From Pseudomonadota bacterium (lineage in GTDB: Bacteria > Pseudomonadota > Alphaproteobacteria > Caulobacterales > Parvularculaceae), in assembly GCA_038749595.1 (NCBI GenBank), contig JBCDHW010000013.1, positions 2,002-66,001 of the forward strand: 64,000 nt of DNA, read 5' to 3'. The position numbers and the translations under genes are program-made. Shown here piece after piece: positions 1 to 9,425 of this stretch (within the stretch, counting starts at the first letter, position 1; the number at the start of each line of letters is the position of its first letter). Under the pieces are notes generated by a model, which was not told the origin of the DNA, did not search any database, and saw only the letters and a program-made list of their open reading frames with translations.

Positions 1-457
1 CGAAAAGGTGGAGGTCGTCTTTATTCGGCATACGCACCATGCCGAAGAGGTTGACGAAGAGACCTTCTTCTACTCACGCCAATCGGGCGGCACGATCGTC
101 AGCACGGCGATTGAGGTGATGCAGCAGATCCAGCGCGAACGTTTCCCCACGGACGATTGGAACATCTACGTGGCGCAAGCCTCAGACGGCTACACCCAGT
201 CGGGCGATGCCCAGCGCTGCGTTCAGCTCCTCAACGAGGAAGTGCTGCCGATCCTTCAGTACTACGCCTATATCGAGATCCTCGACGAGCGCGAGATGGA
301 TGTCTTCAGCGACCCCGATGCCGGGGCTGAGCTGTGGCGGGCCTACCGCTCGATCACCGACGACCGCTTCGCCCAAACCCGCATCGCCCACCCGCGCGAC
401 ATCTTCCCGGTCTTCCGTGAGCTGTTCTCAAAGGAGAAGAAGGGCCAAGCGGCGTGA
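1..457 (+). CDS. yeaH: YeaH/YhbH (DUF444) family protein, 5'-partial
   Basis: C-terminal motifs FIRHT..A.EVDE..FFY...SGGT.VS and WNIY.AQASDG; spoVR homolog downstream; ORF runs off the window start. Confidence 0.88.
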   Translation, partial: EKVEVVFIRHTHHAEEVDEETFFYSRQSGGTIVSTAIEVMQQIQRERFPTDDWNIYVAQASDGYTQSGDAQRCVQLLNEEVLPILQYYAYIEILDEREMDVFSDPDAGAELWRAYRSITDDRFAQTRIAHPRDIFPVFRELFSKEKKGQAA

Positions 458-813
458 GCTTCAGTGACGTCGCTGTGTTCTTGGCGGCGTCGGCCTTCGG
501 TCTCACTGCCTCCTACTTCAGCGTCGGCGCGATTGTCGCTTGGTCCGCCGATCGGTCAGCACGACAAGGTAGCGCCGCCCAGCGAGCCATCCACCGCCTT
601 GGGACGTTAGCCCTGTTGGCGCTTGTAGTTATACTGATCATTCCATTTATCGTCGCCTGCATCGTCCTTCGGTTTTGGGGCACGTCAGAGGACTATCCGC
701 ACGCGGCTGCGGTCTCACTGCTGGCGACCCCTGTCGTGGGATTAATTGGAACGGTGCTTCGGCGCCGGAAGGACTGGACCACACTTATGCTTAGGAACGC
801 GACCGAATGGTAA
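454..813 (+). CDS. small hypothetical membrane protein (about 3 TM segments)
   Basis: three hydrophobic stretches; GTGA overlap with the yeaH stop. Confidence 0.6.
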   Translation: MSFSDVAVFLAASAFGLTASYFSVGAIVAWSADRSARQGSAAQRAIHRLGTLALLALVVILIIPFIVACIVLRFWGTSEDYPHAAAVSLLATPVVGLIGTVLRRRKDWTTLMLRNATEW

Positions 814-929
814 GGGCGTGTCGCCAGGCACCAGCTGCTCCCCCCTTTTGCGGCCTCGCTCAGCTCTGCTAAGCCCTTAGTTGCGCACCGACATCGCCGC
901 TGCGCTAAAGTGGGAAGGAACTGTTCGCC

Positions 930-1331
930 ATGCTTACAACACTTGTCGCCGTGCTGTCTCTGGCCGCATCAGAAATCGGTACGATGAAGGATGGCGTGAT
1001 CCATGTGGACGCTTCCGAAGCTGCTGAGCTGCTGAAGGAGCGGGATGACATCCAAATCTTGGACGTCCGTACACGGCGGGAATTTAACGCTGAACGGATT
1101 GAGGGCGCAGCGCAGATCAACTACTACGCGCCGAACTTTAAAAGCCAAGTGATCAAACTCCCCCGCGATGTGCCCTATCTCGTCCACTGCCGATCGGGTA
1201 ATCGCTCGGGCCGGGCCGTCCGCATTCTGAAGGACGCAGGCATCGACGAGATCTACCACCTCGACGGCGGGATCTTAGGCTGGAAAGCTGCGTCACTGCC
1301 TGTTGTCACGGGCGCCCCGGGCGACGAATAA
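930..1331 (+). CDS. rhodanese-like domain protein with N-terminal signal/hydrophobic segment
   Basis: ILDVRTRREF, active-site loop HCRSGNRS, LDGGILGW. Confidence 0.9.
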   Translation: MLTTLVAVLSLAASEIGTMKDGVIHVDASEAAELLKERDDIQILDVRTRREFNAERIEGAAQINYYAPNFKSQVIKLPRDVPYLVHCRSGNRSGRAVRILKDAGIDEIYHLDGGILGWKAASLPVVTGAPGDE

Positions 1332-1340
1332 ACCTGCGGG

Positions 1341-2183
1341 TCAAGCAGATGGCGCGAAGTAGGCACCGGTTGGGAGTGTACGGAGCGTTTTTTTGTCCCA
1401 ATGCGAGCGCGGCGTTTTGCCAAGGCATGCATAGTGGCTCACCAGGCTCTTCCGTGTACGGCTACGATCCTCGATCGGGCCACCGCCATGGACCAGGTCG
1501 CCGTGCCAGAAGAGGACGTCGCCAGCCTCGGCGTGGAAACGGATCGGCGCAATGCCCGCCTCCGCGCACAGGTCTTCGAGATGCCGAACGTACGCGGAAT
1601 AGTCGCCTGCGAAGTCATCCTTGAGCCGCTTTTTCTCCAACCGATGCGAACCAGGCCAGACGATCAAGGCGCCATTGCCATCGTCGGCAGCCTCCAGCGC
1701 AACCCAAGAGGCAATGAGCGTCTCCCGGTCATAGGGCCCGGCGGCACGGGGGCTGACGAGGTACTTATCCGAATGGGCCGCCTGCTGGCTTGAGTGCGAA
1801 TAGGTCAGGGTTTGGATGCAGGTCGGCACCCCGCCAATCGCCTCTTTGAGGAACGCAGCGACGGTTTTGTGCAGCATCAGTTCAGCCGTCAGGGCGACCT
1901 GAGCTTCGATATCGATGATCCGATCGGGATTGCCCTGCCCCGTCCAAAGCGGACCAAACGGTACGGCGCGCTCGGCGTTCCGCACCGGCGCACCTCGCGT
2001 GACCACCCGCAAATCAGGGTCCTCGGCGAGGCTGCGTTCAACGTCCTCCCAAAACCGTGAGCAGAGATCCGCCGAAATGGCCCCGCGCAGGACGGCATAT
2101 CCGTCCTCGCGATAACGTGTGATCGCCTCGGAAACCTCCGCAGAAGGCCGCGCCCCAAAGGCACGGCGCAGGCTGTCGAGCAT
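1341..2183 (-). CDS. phytanoyl-CoA dioxygenase (PhyH) family Fe(II)/2-oxoglutarate dioxygenase
   Basis: Y.EDGYAVL start, HxD (AHSD), WVALE...NGAL.VWPGSH, GDVLFWHG.LVHGG. Confidence 0.88.
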   Translation of the reverse strand: MLDSLRRAFGARPSAEVSEAITRYREDGYAVLRGAISADLCSRFWEDVERSLAEDPDLRVVTRGAPVRNAERAVPFGPLWTGQGNPDRIIDIEAQVALTAELMLHKTVAAFLKEAIGGVPTCIQTLTYSHSSQQAAHSDKYLVSPRAAGPYDRETLIASWVALEAADDGNGALIVWPGSHRLEKKRLKDDFAGDYSAYVRHLEDLCAEAGIAPIRFHAEAGDVLFWHGDLVHGGGPIEDRSRTRKSLVSHYACLGKTPRSHWDKKTLRTLPTGAYFAPSA

Positions 2184-2303
2184 CGACCGCTCCCTAGATG
2201 AACAAACCGCGCATAGCCCAAGGCGGAATGTGTGGTAAATGTTTAGGAGTAGCGCTGCATAATCCCAGCAAAACCGCTCGTTGCAGAGCCAGGAGATAAC
2301 CCC

Positions 2304-3800
2304 ATGAGCGCATCGCCAAAATCTGAATTGCTCTACGATGATGGTGCTTGGACGTTTGCCGATTTGCAGCGCGCGCTTGATGCAATCGAGGACATTGCTC
2401 TGAACGATCTTGGTCTGAACATTTACGAGAACCAGATCGAGATCATCACGTCAGAGCAGATGCTCGATTCCTACAGCTCCCACGGCATGCCGCTGATGTA
2501 TCGGCATTGGTCCTTCGGCAAGGCGTTTGCGCGGGACAGCATGAACTACCAGAAGGGTTATTCAGGCCTCGCGTACGAGATCGTTATCAATTCTGATCCG
2601 TGTATCGCCTATCTCATGGAGGAGAACTCCATGACGATGCAGGCGCTGGTGATGGCGCACGCGTGCTATGGGCACAACCACTTCTTCAAGAACAACTACC
2701 TCTTCCGTCAGTGGACGGATGCTTCGGCCATTCTCTCCTATCTCGACTTCGCCAAGAAATATATTTCTCGGTGTGAGGATGAATATGGCTGGGAGGAGGT
2801 GGAGCAAACGCTCGACGCGGCCCATGCGCTGCAGGACCAAGGCGTCTTTCGATACAACCGTCCTCCGAAACTGTCGCAGACGGAGCAAAAAGAGAAGGTG
2901 ATGGCGCGGCTCGAGCATGAGCGCGAGAACTTCAACGACCTGTGGCGCACGCTTCCTCAGCGTGAGGAGGATCCCGAGAGTGCCGAAGCGCGCCTTGGCG
3001 AAGTGCGGAACATCAAGCTCCCCGAGGAGAATATTCTCTACTTCGTGGAGAAGGCTTCGCCGTCCCTGCGGCCCTGGCAGCGGGAAATCATCCGTATCGT
3101 GCGGAACGTCTCGCAGTACTTCTATCCACAGAAGCAAACCAAGGTGATGAACGAGGGCTGCGCCACATTTGTGCACCACTATATCATGAATGAGCTCCAC
3201 GCTCGGGGTCAGATTTCTGACGGTGCGGTGCTGGAGTTCCTCCACTCCCACAGCTCGGTTGTCTTCCAACCCGACTTCGATGATCGCCGGTATTCAGGTA
3301 TCAATCCGTATGCGCTTGGTTTTGCGATGATGGAAGATATCGTCCGTATCTGTACGGATCCCACCGATGAGGACCGCGAGTGGTTCCCCGGCCTCGCAGG
3401 CAAAGGCGACTGGCGCGAGGAGCTGAAGTTCGCCTGGGCCAACTTCCGGGACGAAAGCTTTATCCAGCAATATCTATCACCGAAAGTGATCCGCGACTTC
3501 CGCCTGTTCGCCCTCGACGATGATGGTCGAAAGCCGTACTACCGGGTCGAAGCGATCCACGACGAAATGGGGTATATCAAGGCGCGCGATGCGTTAGCGA
3601 CGATGTATGATCTCGGCATGCACGAACCCAACCTTCAAGTCGTCGGCACCGACCTTGAGGGAGACCGTACACTGAAGATCCGGCATACGGTGTACAAGGA
3701 TCGTGTCCTCGACCCCAAAACCAAAGACGCGGTGATGAACCACCTCAAGTACCTCTGGGGCTACGACGTGGAGCTAACGCAGGATAAGGCCGAGGGGTGA
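2304..3800 (+). CDS. SpoVR/YcgB family protein
   Basis: GMPLMYRHWSFGK, GLAYEIVINSDPC, HACYGHNHFFKNN, KVMNEGCATF; good RBS (AGGAG). Confidence 0.95.
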   Translation: MSASPKSELLYDDGAWTFADLQRALDAIEDIALNDLGLNIYENQIEIITSEQMLDSYSSHGMPLMYRHWSFGKAFARDSMNYQKGYSGLAYEIVINSDPCIAYLMEENSMTMQALVMAHACYGHNHFFKNNYLFRQWTDASAILSYLDFAKKYISRCEDEYGWEEVEQTLDAAHALQDQGVFRYNRPPKLSQTEQKEKVMARLEHERENFNDLWRTLPQREEDPESAEARLGEVRNIKLPEENILYFVEKASPSLRPWQREIIRIVRNVSQYFYPQKQTKVMNEGCATFVHHYIMNELHARGQISDGAVLEFLHSHSSVVFQPDFDDRRYSGINPYALGFAMMEDIVRICTDPTDEDREWFPGLAGKGDWREELKFAWANFRDESFIQQYLSPKVIRDFRLFALDDDGRKPYYRVEAIHDEMGYIKARDALATMYDLGMHEPNLQVVGTDLEGDRTLKIRHTVYKDRVLDPKTKDAVMNHLKYLWGYDVELTQDKAEG

Positions 3801-3910
3801 ACTCTTCGAGGAGTTAAAAAATCATCGCGCCGACGAGCGATTTAAATCCTCCAAACCTCAGATTCAGTCAAACGAATTTATAGCGCCTCTTACAAGACTT
3901 GCTACTAAGA

Positions 3911-4573
3911 TCAGCACTCTAATTCGATTACGTTGTTAGGCATGCGCTGGGCTTGACTTAAGGCTTGTTTTGTGGATGACAGTATCAACTCAAATTCATC
4001 TATCGATAATGGCAAAGAAATTTGTTGCCTAGGCTTTTTGTATTCCTGTAATTCTACGGAGATCGAGGTACTCACAAGGTCGTCAGTTGTTAGATCACAA
4101 GTGTCGTTGTACATCTCAACGAGGATCGGTTGCGCGAGTATTGTCAGAGGTGTATCCGGAAAAACGGAAAACGTCCCAGTCATTAGTATCGTCTGGACCG
4201 ATCTTTGCGCGTCTTCTGTCTCAAAATTTATCTGTATGCGGTCGATGATTGCACTTCGATTGCCCTCATTGAAAACAGAAAATGAAAGAGTCGCCTGCTG
4301 CGACCCTACATACATCACCTCGGTCTTTGAATACTTTTTTTGCGTAACACTAGAGACTGTTTGAACGGCAACAGTAGAGACCGAAACGAAGGCAACAAGC
4401 AATGCCAATAGAGTATTTGATAGATTAAGCTTTCTCCGCCAATCTTGAAAAGAGGAGCAGTGGTGACATCTTAGAGCATTTGCGTGAATCGACTGAAAGC
4501 AATGGATGCAAAGCTTTAGCTTCTCGTTAGCCGATCTGCTGACTTCCACACCGTCTAGAACTTCTTCACCCAT
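3911..4573 (-). CDS. hypothetical protein: N-terminal CxxC-x10-CxxC zinc ribbon, one TM helix, extracytoplasmic domain; AT-rich
   Basis: CIHC...CHHC followed by hydrophobic TLLALLVAFVSVSTVAV; visibly lower GC than flanks. Confidence 0.7.
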   Translation of the reverse strand: MGEEVLDGVEVSRSANEKLKLCIHCFQSIHANALRCHHCSSFQDWRRKLNLSNTLLALLVAFVSVSTVAVQTVSSVTQKKYSKTEVMYVGSQQATLSFSVFNEGNRSAIIDRIQINFETEDAQRSVQTILMTGTFSVFPDTPLTILAQPILVEMYNDTCDLTTDDLVSTSISVELQEYKKPRQQISLPLSIDEFELILSSTKQALSQAQRMPNNVIELEC

Positions 4574-4650
4574 AAGCGACCATTGCTTTCAGTTCGAATA
4601 CGCATATAAGTAGGGCAAGTCGTCATCAACCAAGTTTTCCAGCAGTGTTG

Positions 4651-5304
4651 CTACCGCGCGGCGGCAATTCGCTCATCCGCGGTGACCAGTGCGCCGGAGA
4701 ATTTCAGCGTCACTTTGTTACCGACCAGGCCTCGGAATTCGGTCATGTCGAAGTCGCGGCGGTTGAGGATGATCTCGCCGGAGAAGCCGACCGCATCAAT
4801 CGGACACGGATCATTCACATCACAGTTAAGGCGGATCGAAAACTCGGCCGGTTTGGTGATGCCCTTCACAGTGATCTGCCCAGCGATGGTGCCGGTGCCT
4901 TCACCGTCCCACCCATCGAGAGAGCCCGCGAAGACCGCCTGCGGATGATTTTCGACGTCGAACCAAGCGGGGCTTTTGACGACGTTTTCGTACCAATCGC
5001 TGTTGAAGGTGACGCTGTCGAGATCGACGGTCGCCTCAACGCTGATCTTATCTTCGGCCGCCTTTTCCACCACGACGCTGCCGTCGAACCCGGCGAAGCT
5101 GCCCTTCACGGAGGGGAAGCCGAGGGGTTTGACCGAGAAATTGAGGTCGGCGTCCTCGGGCTGGATCACGTAAGTTTGGGTGGGCAAAGCGCGGAGCGCC
5201 TCGACCGTGAGCGAATTTGCCGGAGGCGGCGCCACCACAGAGCTACAGGCCGATGCAACGATCGCTGCGAGCCAAATGGGCCGTTTCATGAATTGCTTGA
5301 GCAC
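4651..5304 (-). CDS. YceI family (polyisoprenoid-binding) periplasmic/lipoprotein
   Basis: FSVK.LGF..VKGSF..F.G, WFDVENHP.A.F, G.ITVKGITKP, NRRDF.M; GGAGGAGG RBS. Confidence 0.9.
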   Translation of the reverse strand: MLKQFMKRPIWLAAIVASACSSVVAPPPANSLTVEALRALPTQTYVIQPEDADLNFSVKPLGFPSVKGSFAGFDGSVVVEKAAEDKISVEATVDLDSVTFNSDWYENVVKSPAWFDVENHPQAVFAGSLDGWDGEGTGTIAGQITVKGITKPAEFSIRLNCDVNDPCPIDAVGFSGEIILNRRDFDMTEFRGLVGNKVTLKFSGALVTADERIAAAR

Positions 5305-5493
5305 GCCGACACCTCCTCCAACCCCTGTTGCCCCAAGGGTTGCTCGTTCGCGGCGCGCTTGGGTGGCGCCTTTGGCTCTCTAGAGCCGAGCGGGACCGCA
5401 AACTGCGATGGCTGAGCTCGGGAGCGGTTTATAGCGTCTCATAATCGCGCAGTGATGCCAAATGTCATTTTATTCGGTCAGGAGGACAGAATG

Positions 5494-6075
5494 TCACCAC
5501 CCTTGGGAGCCGGGACCTCCCTTGATCGGTCCGGTGATGCGGCTGGTGACCCATCCTGCATAGAAGCCGCCGGGCTGGGGCGTGGCGCGTTCGTCGCCAA
5601 CCCAGGCTTCGTCGACGCGGCTGGCGTAGAACGCGATCCAGCCTGCGATCCGGCTGAAGCCGCGGCCGAGGTCATCGAGCGGGTCGGGGTAGAGGAAGGC
5701 GGCGTCCGCGCTGGTGGCCTCGCCAACGACCAGATCGAGGTAATGCGCCTCGCCCTTCCACTCGCAAAAGCTGCTCTGGCCAGTGGGTTTCAGCCAATCG
5801 AGGCGCACGTCTTCCGGCGGAAAGAAATAAACCGGCGCGCCGGCGGTTTCGACGATGCGTAAGCCATGCTCGGTCCGCGCGACCTCTTCACCAGCAAAGA
5901 CGATCCGAAGCGGGCCTTCGGCATCGCGGACCTCGGGTGGGCGCGGATAGTCCCAGACGCTCTCTTGGCCGGGGCCAGGAGCGACGATGTTGCTCGGCCG
6001 CTTCGCCTTTGCCCAGGACGTGCGATGGGCCTGAAGCTGCTTCACAAATCGCGGGTCGTCGGGGAGATCAGCCAT
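5494..6075 (-). CDS. DUF427 (nucleotidyltransferase-like) domain protein
   Basis: ESVWDYPRPP, ET.GAPVYFFPPEDV, SFCEWKG.A.Y, PQPGGFYAGW. Confidence 0.9.
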   Translation of the reverse strand: MADLPDDPRFVKQLQAHRTSWAKAKRPSNIVAPGPGQESVWDYPRPPEVRDAEGPLRIVFAGEEVARTEHGLRIVETAGAPVYFFPPEDVRLDWLKPTGQSSFCEWKGEAHYLDLVVGEATSADAAFLYPDPLDDLGRGFSRIAGWIAFYASRVDEAWVGDERATPQPGGFYAGWVTSRITGPIKGGPGSQGW

Positions 6076-6123
6076 GACCTACGGGCTCCAATGAATGTCC
6101 TAGGCACGGTGCGCGCACCCTGG

Positions 6124-6663
6124 TCAGGGCGCAAGACGAACGAACGTCCCACCGTACCAATTTCCCGTCGGACGGTCGTCGGCATCGTATTGGCGTGAGA
6201 CCATTTCGTAGGTGTCGGGATCGCGCCATTCATACGTGTAGAGACGATAGGTCCCCTCGGGCTCGTCTGTGAACTGAACACGGAGGCGGAGGTTGCCAGC
6301 GTCATCGATGGTCCCCGCACCTGTGCCGAGACGGCTCGTGCCGAAATGCGAAAGGTGGCGCAGGCCTGCGCTTTTGTCATAGGCCCAGAGGATGTGGCCC
6401 TTGAGCCCGCCCGCATCGACGACGCAGAGCACGGTTTGATCCGTATTCACCTTATCGCAGACGGTGATGTGGTTGGGGATCGTGAGGGTCTGGAGGGTTT
6501 TGGTATCCCAAACCTGCTGGAAGGTGTCGTCCTTCAACGTCCAAGTGCCGTAGAATTGCGCGAACGGCGGGGAAGCCTCCTCAGCTGCGCTAGCGAGCGC
6601 AAGCGAGAGCCAGAGGGACAGAACCGACAACACAACCACAGGACACACGCTCCACAAGCCCAT
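6124..6663 (-). CDS. hypothetical secreted beta-barrel (lipocalin/DUF1579-like) protein
   Basis: signal-peptide-like N-terminus from Met at 6663, then F..FYGTW; start uncertain (6711 or 6780 possible). Confidence 0.6.
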   Translation of the reverse strand: MGLWSVCPVVVLSVLSLWLSLALASAAEEASPPFAQFYGTWTLKDDTFQQVWDTKTLQTLTIPNHITVCDKVNTDQTVLCVVDAGGLKGHILWAYDKSAGLRHLSHFGTSRLGTGAGTIDDAGNLRLRVQFTDEPEGTYRLYTYEWRDPDTYEMVSRQYDADDRPTGNWYGGTFVRLAP

Positions 6664-6776
6664 CGAGAGCTTTGCAGCTCCGGTCGCAAACGCAAGCGAC
6701 GTTTGTCGCATCGTGGGACCGGTGACGCGGTGCCAGGAGAGTTGGGAGCGCCGGACGAGCTGAGCGCAACACAAAC

Positions 6777-6908
6777 GCACTCAAACAGGCCAACGGCCGG
6801 TAGTGCAGAAACAGATGCCCGGTAGCGCAAAATCGCCGCGCTCAAATAGGCCGAAAGGCCGGTAGCGCCACGGAGATGCACTCAAACAGGCCGGAAGGCC
6901 GATAGTGC
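6777..6908 (-). repeat. three ~30-bp imperfect hairpin repeats (6777-6806, 6838-6868, 6878-6908) plus a half copy at 6819-6828
   Basis: minus-strand consensus GCRCT-AYC-GGCC-(3-4 nt loop)-GGCC-TRTTTG-AGYGC, read directly from the sequence. Confidence 0.85.
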
Positions 6909-6911
6909 CAA

Positions 6912-7243
6912 AAAAATGCCGGGGTTCTGTTGCCAGGCCCCCGGCGGCCCCGCCTAGCCTTGATAAGAGACTAGGGCTTTAAAGCGGTTTACCCGCGCTG
7001 CGTTACGCAGCGAGAGCGAAACCTTCATCATAGTTGTCATTTGCAACTAGTTTAAATGGTCCAATAACGGAGACCATCCGGACGAAAGCAGAACCTTTAC
7101 ACGTCTGTCGATGCTATTTCGGCCCCGCCGAAAGACTTGCGAATTCTTCCTCAAGTCCTTGGGTGGAGCCGCCGGGTACCGCCCCCGGGTCCAGTCCGCT
7201 TATTACGAGCGCCTTTTATCGCCATATCTGCCGAGGCAGCCTC
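6912..7243 (-). ncRNA. ssrA: two-piece (circularly permuted) tmRNA; tag peptide ANDNYDEGFALAA encoded at 7044-7003
   Basis: acceptor piece ends ...CCCGGCGGCTCCACC (~7162); coding piece starts GGGGCCG at 7127; acceptor stem with G3.U wobble; ANDN...ALAA tag ORF; 3' hairpin GCCGGGGGCCTGGCAACAGAACCCCGGC; outer ends approximate. Confidence 0.95.
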
Positions 7244-7341
7244 TCGTACATAGGCCCAAAGCCTTACGAATTGAAGGCCTCGCAGCAGGTTTGGATAACA
7301 GGCGCTTATGCCCGCCGCGTTCCGCCGAGGCGACAGGCGAA

Positions 7342-7992
7342 CTAGCCGCCGAATTTGGGGAAAATCCGGCCGGTGCGTGCGCAGTAGAAATCGTACTCTT
7401 CGCCGAACTGCTCGCGCATCATCGCCTCTTCGTAAGGCACGCGGACGAAGTACATGAGGGTGAAGGCGGCAAGACCCGACCAGCCGGCGATCCAGTTCTG
7501 CAGAAACAGAGGCTGCAAGCCGAACAGGAGGAAGATCGCGAGATACATGGGGTGACGGATGCGCGCGTAGACACCCCGCGTGGTCAGGTTGTGGCCTTCG
7601 CGGAGCTCTGTGGTCACACTCCAATTGTCACCGAGGTCAGCGTGGCTTCGCCAGAAAAGCCAAAGCGCAAACACAAGCGCCACCCCTCCCGCGGCCGAAG
7701 CCCAGACGGGAACGCTATAGTTGGCAAAGCTGAAAATACCGAAGGCCAGGTGCGCAATGGGGAGCGGACCGCCGAGAACGGCGACCAAACCGAGCAGAAG
7801 CCGCTCCGTGCCTTGGGCGCTTTGCTTCATCGAGACATTTTCGCTCGTCCGCTTTGAATAAGGCGCGCGGATGAACGTGATACCCAGCTGGGTGGCGAGC
7901 CAGAGCAGCGAGGGCCAACCATTGGTCGGGAGCCGCCATATCACCGCGGCCACCACAACGAGCAGGAGGATCGTTCCGAAAACGCGTTGCAT
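7342..7992 (-). CDS. isoprenylcysteine carboxylmethyltransferase (ICMT) family membrane methyltransferase
   Basis: SH.DLG.NWS.T.ELR.GH.L.T.GVY..IRHPMY, RVP.EE..M...FG.EY. Confidence 0.9.
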   Translation of the reverse strand: MQRVFGTILLLVVVAAVIWRLPTNGWPSLLWLATQLGITFIRAPYSKRTSENVSMKQSAQGTERLLLGLVAVLGGPLPIAHLAFGIFSFANYSVPVWASAAGGVALVFALWLFWRSHADLGDNWSVTTELREGHNLTTRGVYARIRHPMYLAIFLLFGLQPLFLQNWIAGWSGLAAFTLMYFVRVPYEEAMMREQFGEEYDFYCARTGRIFPKFGG

Positions 7993-8115
7993 GGCGAGCT
8001 CCCTTTAATGTCGACACCTTGCACTATTTGCGAATGACTCGCAACAACTGATCGCAGCGCGCTCAGGTGTAAAAGTTAAAGACCGCTCCAGCGAAGAATC
8101 GTCCATGTTCCGCAC

Positions 8116-8910
8116 ATGCGCGCGTATCATGATCTTCTCGAGCGGGTTCTGGCTGACGGCATCACCCGCGACGACCGAACCGGCACGGGCACCAAGAGTG
8201 TCTTCGGCCACCAAATGCGGTTTGACCTCAGCGAGGGCTTTCCGCTGCTCACCACAAAACGGGTCCACCGTAAGTCGGTGATCCATGAGCTCCTCTGGTT
8301 CCTCCGTGGTGAGACGAATGTGCGATCGCTGCAAGAAGCGGGCGTCAGCATTTGGGATGAGTGGGCCGACGAGAACGGTGAGCTTGGCCCCGTCTACGGC
8401 GCGCAGTGGCGGTCTTGGCCGGACTATGACGGCGGCACCGTCGATCAGATTGGCAAGGTGCAGGACGCGCTGCGCACGAACGCGCACTCGCGCCGGCATG
8501 TGGTGAGTGCCTGGAACCCTGCGCTGGTTGACGATATGGCGCTTCCGCCGTGCCACTGCCTTTTCCAGTTTTACGTCGCGGACGGACGGTTATCCTGCCA
8601 ACTTTATCAGCGTTCGGCGGATATTTTCCTCGGGGTCCCGTTCAATATCGCATCCTATGCTCTGCTAACCCATATGCTGGCCCAAGCCACGGGGCTGGGT
8701 GTCGGGGACTTTGTTCATACGCTCGGCGACGCGCACCTCTACCTCAACCACATTGAGCAGGCCGAACTCCAGTTGACGCGAGCTGAGCGTCCTCTGCCGC
8801 TCTTGAAGCTGAACCCCGATGTCCAGGATGTCCTCGACTTTCAGTATGAGGACATTGACGTCGTGGGCTATGATCCGCACCCGGCGATCAAAGCGCCGAT
8901 CGCCGTATGA
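8116..8910 (+). CDS. thyA: thymidylate synthase
   Basis: [39 protein letters not shown]. Confidence 0.98.
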   Translation: MRAYHDLLERVLADGITRDDRTGTGTKSVFGHQMRFDLSEGFPLLTTKRVHRKSVIHELLWFLRGETNVRSLQEAGVSIWDEWADENGELGPVYGAQWRSWPDYDGGTVDQIGKVQDALRTNAHSRRHVVSAWNPALVDDMALPPCHCLFQFYVADGRLSCQLYQRSADIFLGVPFNIASYALLTHMLAQATGLGVGDFVHTLGDAHLYLNHIEQAELQLTRAERPLPLLKLNPDVQDVLDFQYEDIDVVGYDPHPAIKAPIAV

Positions 8911-9425
8911 GCGCGGCACCGATCGCTCTTGTGGTGGCTCGGGCGCAGAACGGGATCATCGGGAAGGACGGTGACCTGCCGTGGAAAATGCGCTCGGACC
9001 TCAAGTGGTTCAAAAGCGTGACGATCGGTAAGCCCGTCATTATGGGGCGGAAGACGTATGAGAGCATTGGCAAGGCCCTCCCTGAACGGACGAATATTGT
9101 CATTACACGGAGCAACGACTTTCGGCCGACCGATGCGCTGGTCTGTGAGAGCATCGGCGCGGCCATGATGGCAGCGCGAAAGGACATCCTCGACAACGAG
9201 GCGGATGAGATCTGCATCATCGGTGGCGGGACGATTTACGAACAGACGTTCCGTCTTGCCGACAAGCTTTACCTCACCACAATCGAAGCGGACGTTGATG
9301 GGGATACGTCCTTCCCGCCGCTTGATGAAGCGGAGTGGGATATCGAACTCAGCAAACGGATTAAGCCGTCAGAGCGCGACGACTATCCCGCCCGGCTGGA
9401 AATTTGGACCCGGCGCGACGTCTGA
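8907..9425 (+). CDS. folA: dihydrofolate reductase
   Basis: [34 protein letters not shown]; ATGA overlap with thyA. Confidence 0.95.
   Translation: MSAAPIALVVARAQNGIIGKDGDLPWKMRSDLKWFKSVTIGKPVIMGRKTYESIGKALPERTNIVITRSNDFRPTDALVCESIGAAMMAARKDILDNEADEICIIGGGTIYEQTFRLADKLYLTTIEADVDGDTSFPPLDEAEWDIELSKRIKPSERDDYPARLEIWTRRDV

Noticed and set aside
6777-6908. CRISPR array interpretation of the hairpin repeats
   Set aside because: Only three copies, unequal spacers (31 and 9 nt), degenerate repeats and no cas genes; kept as a structured-repeat finding instead
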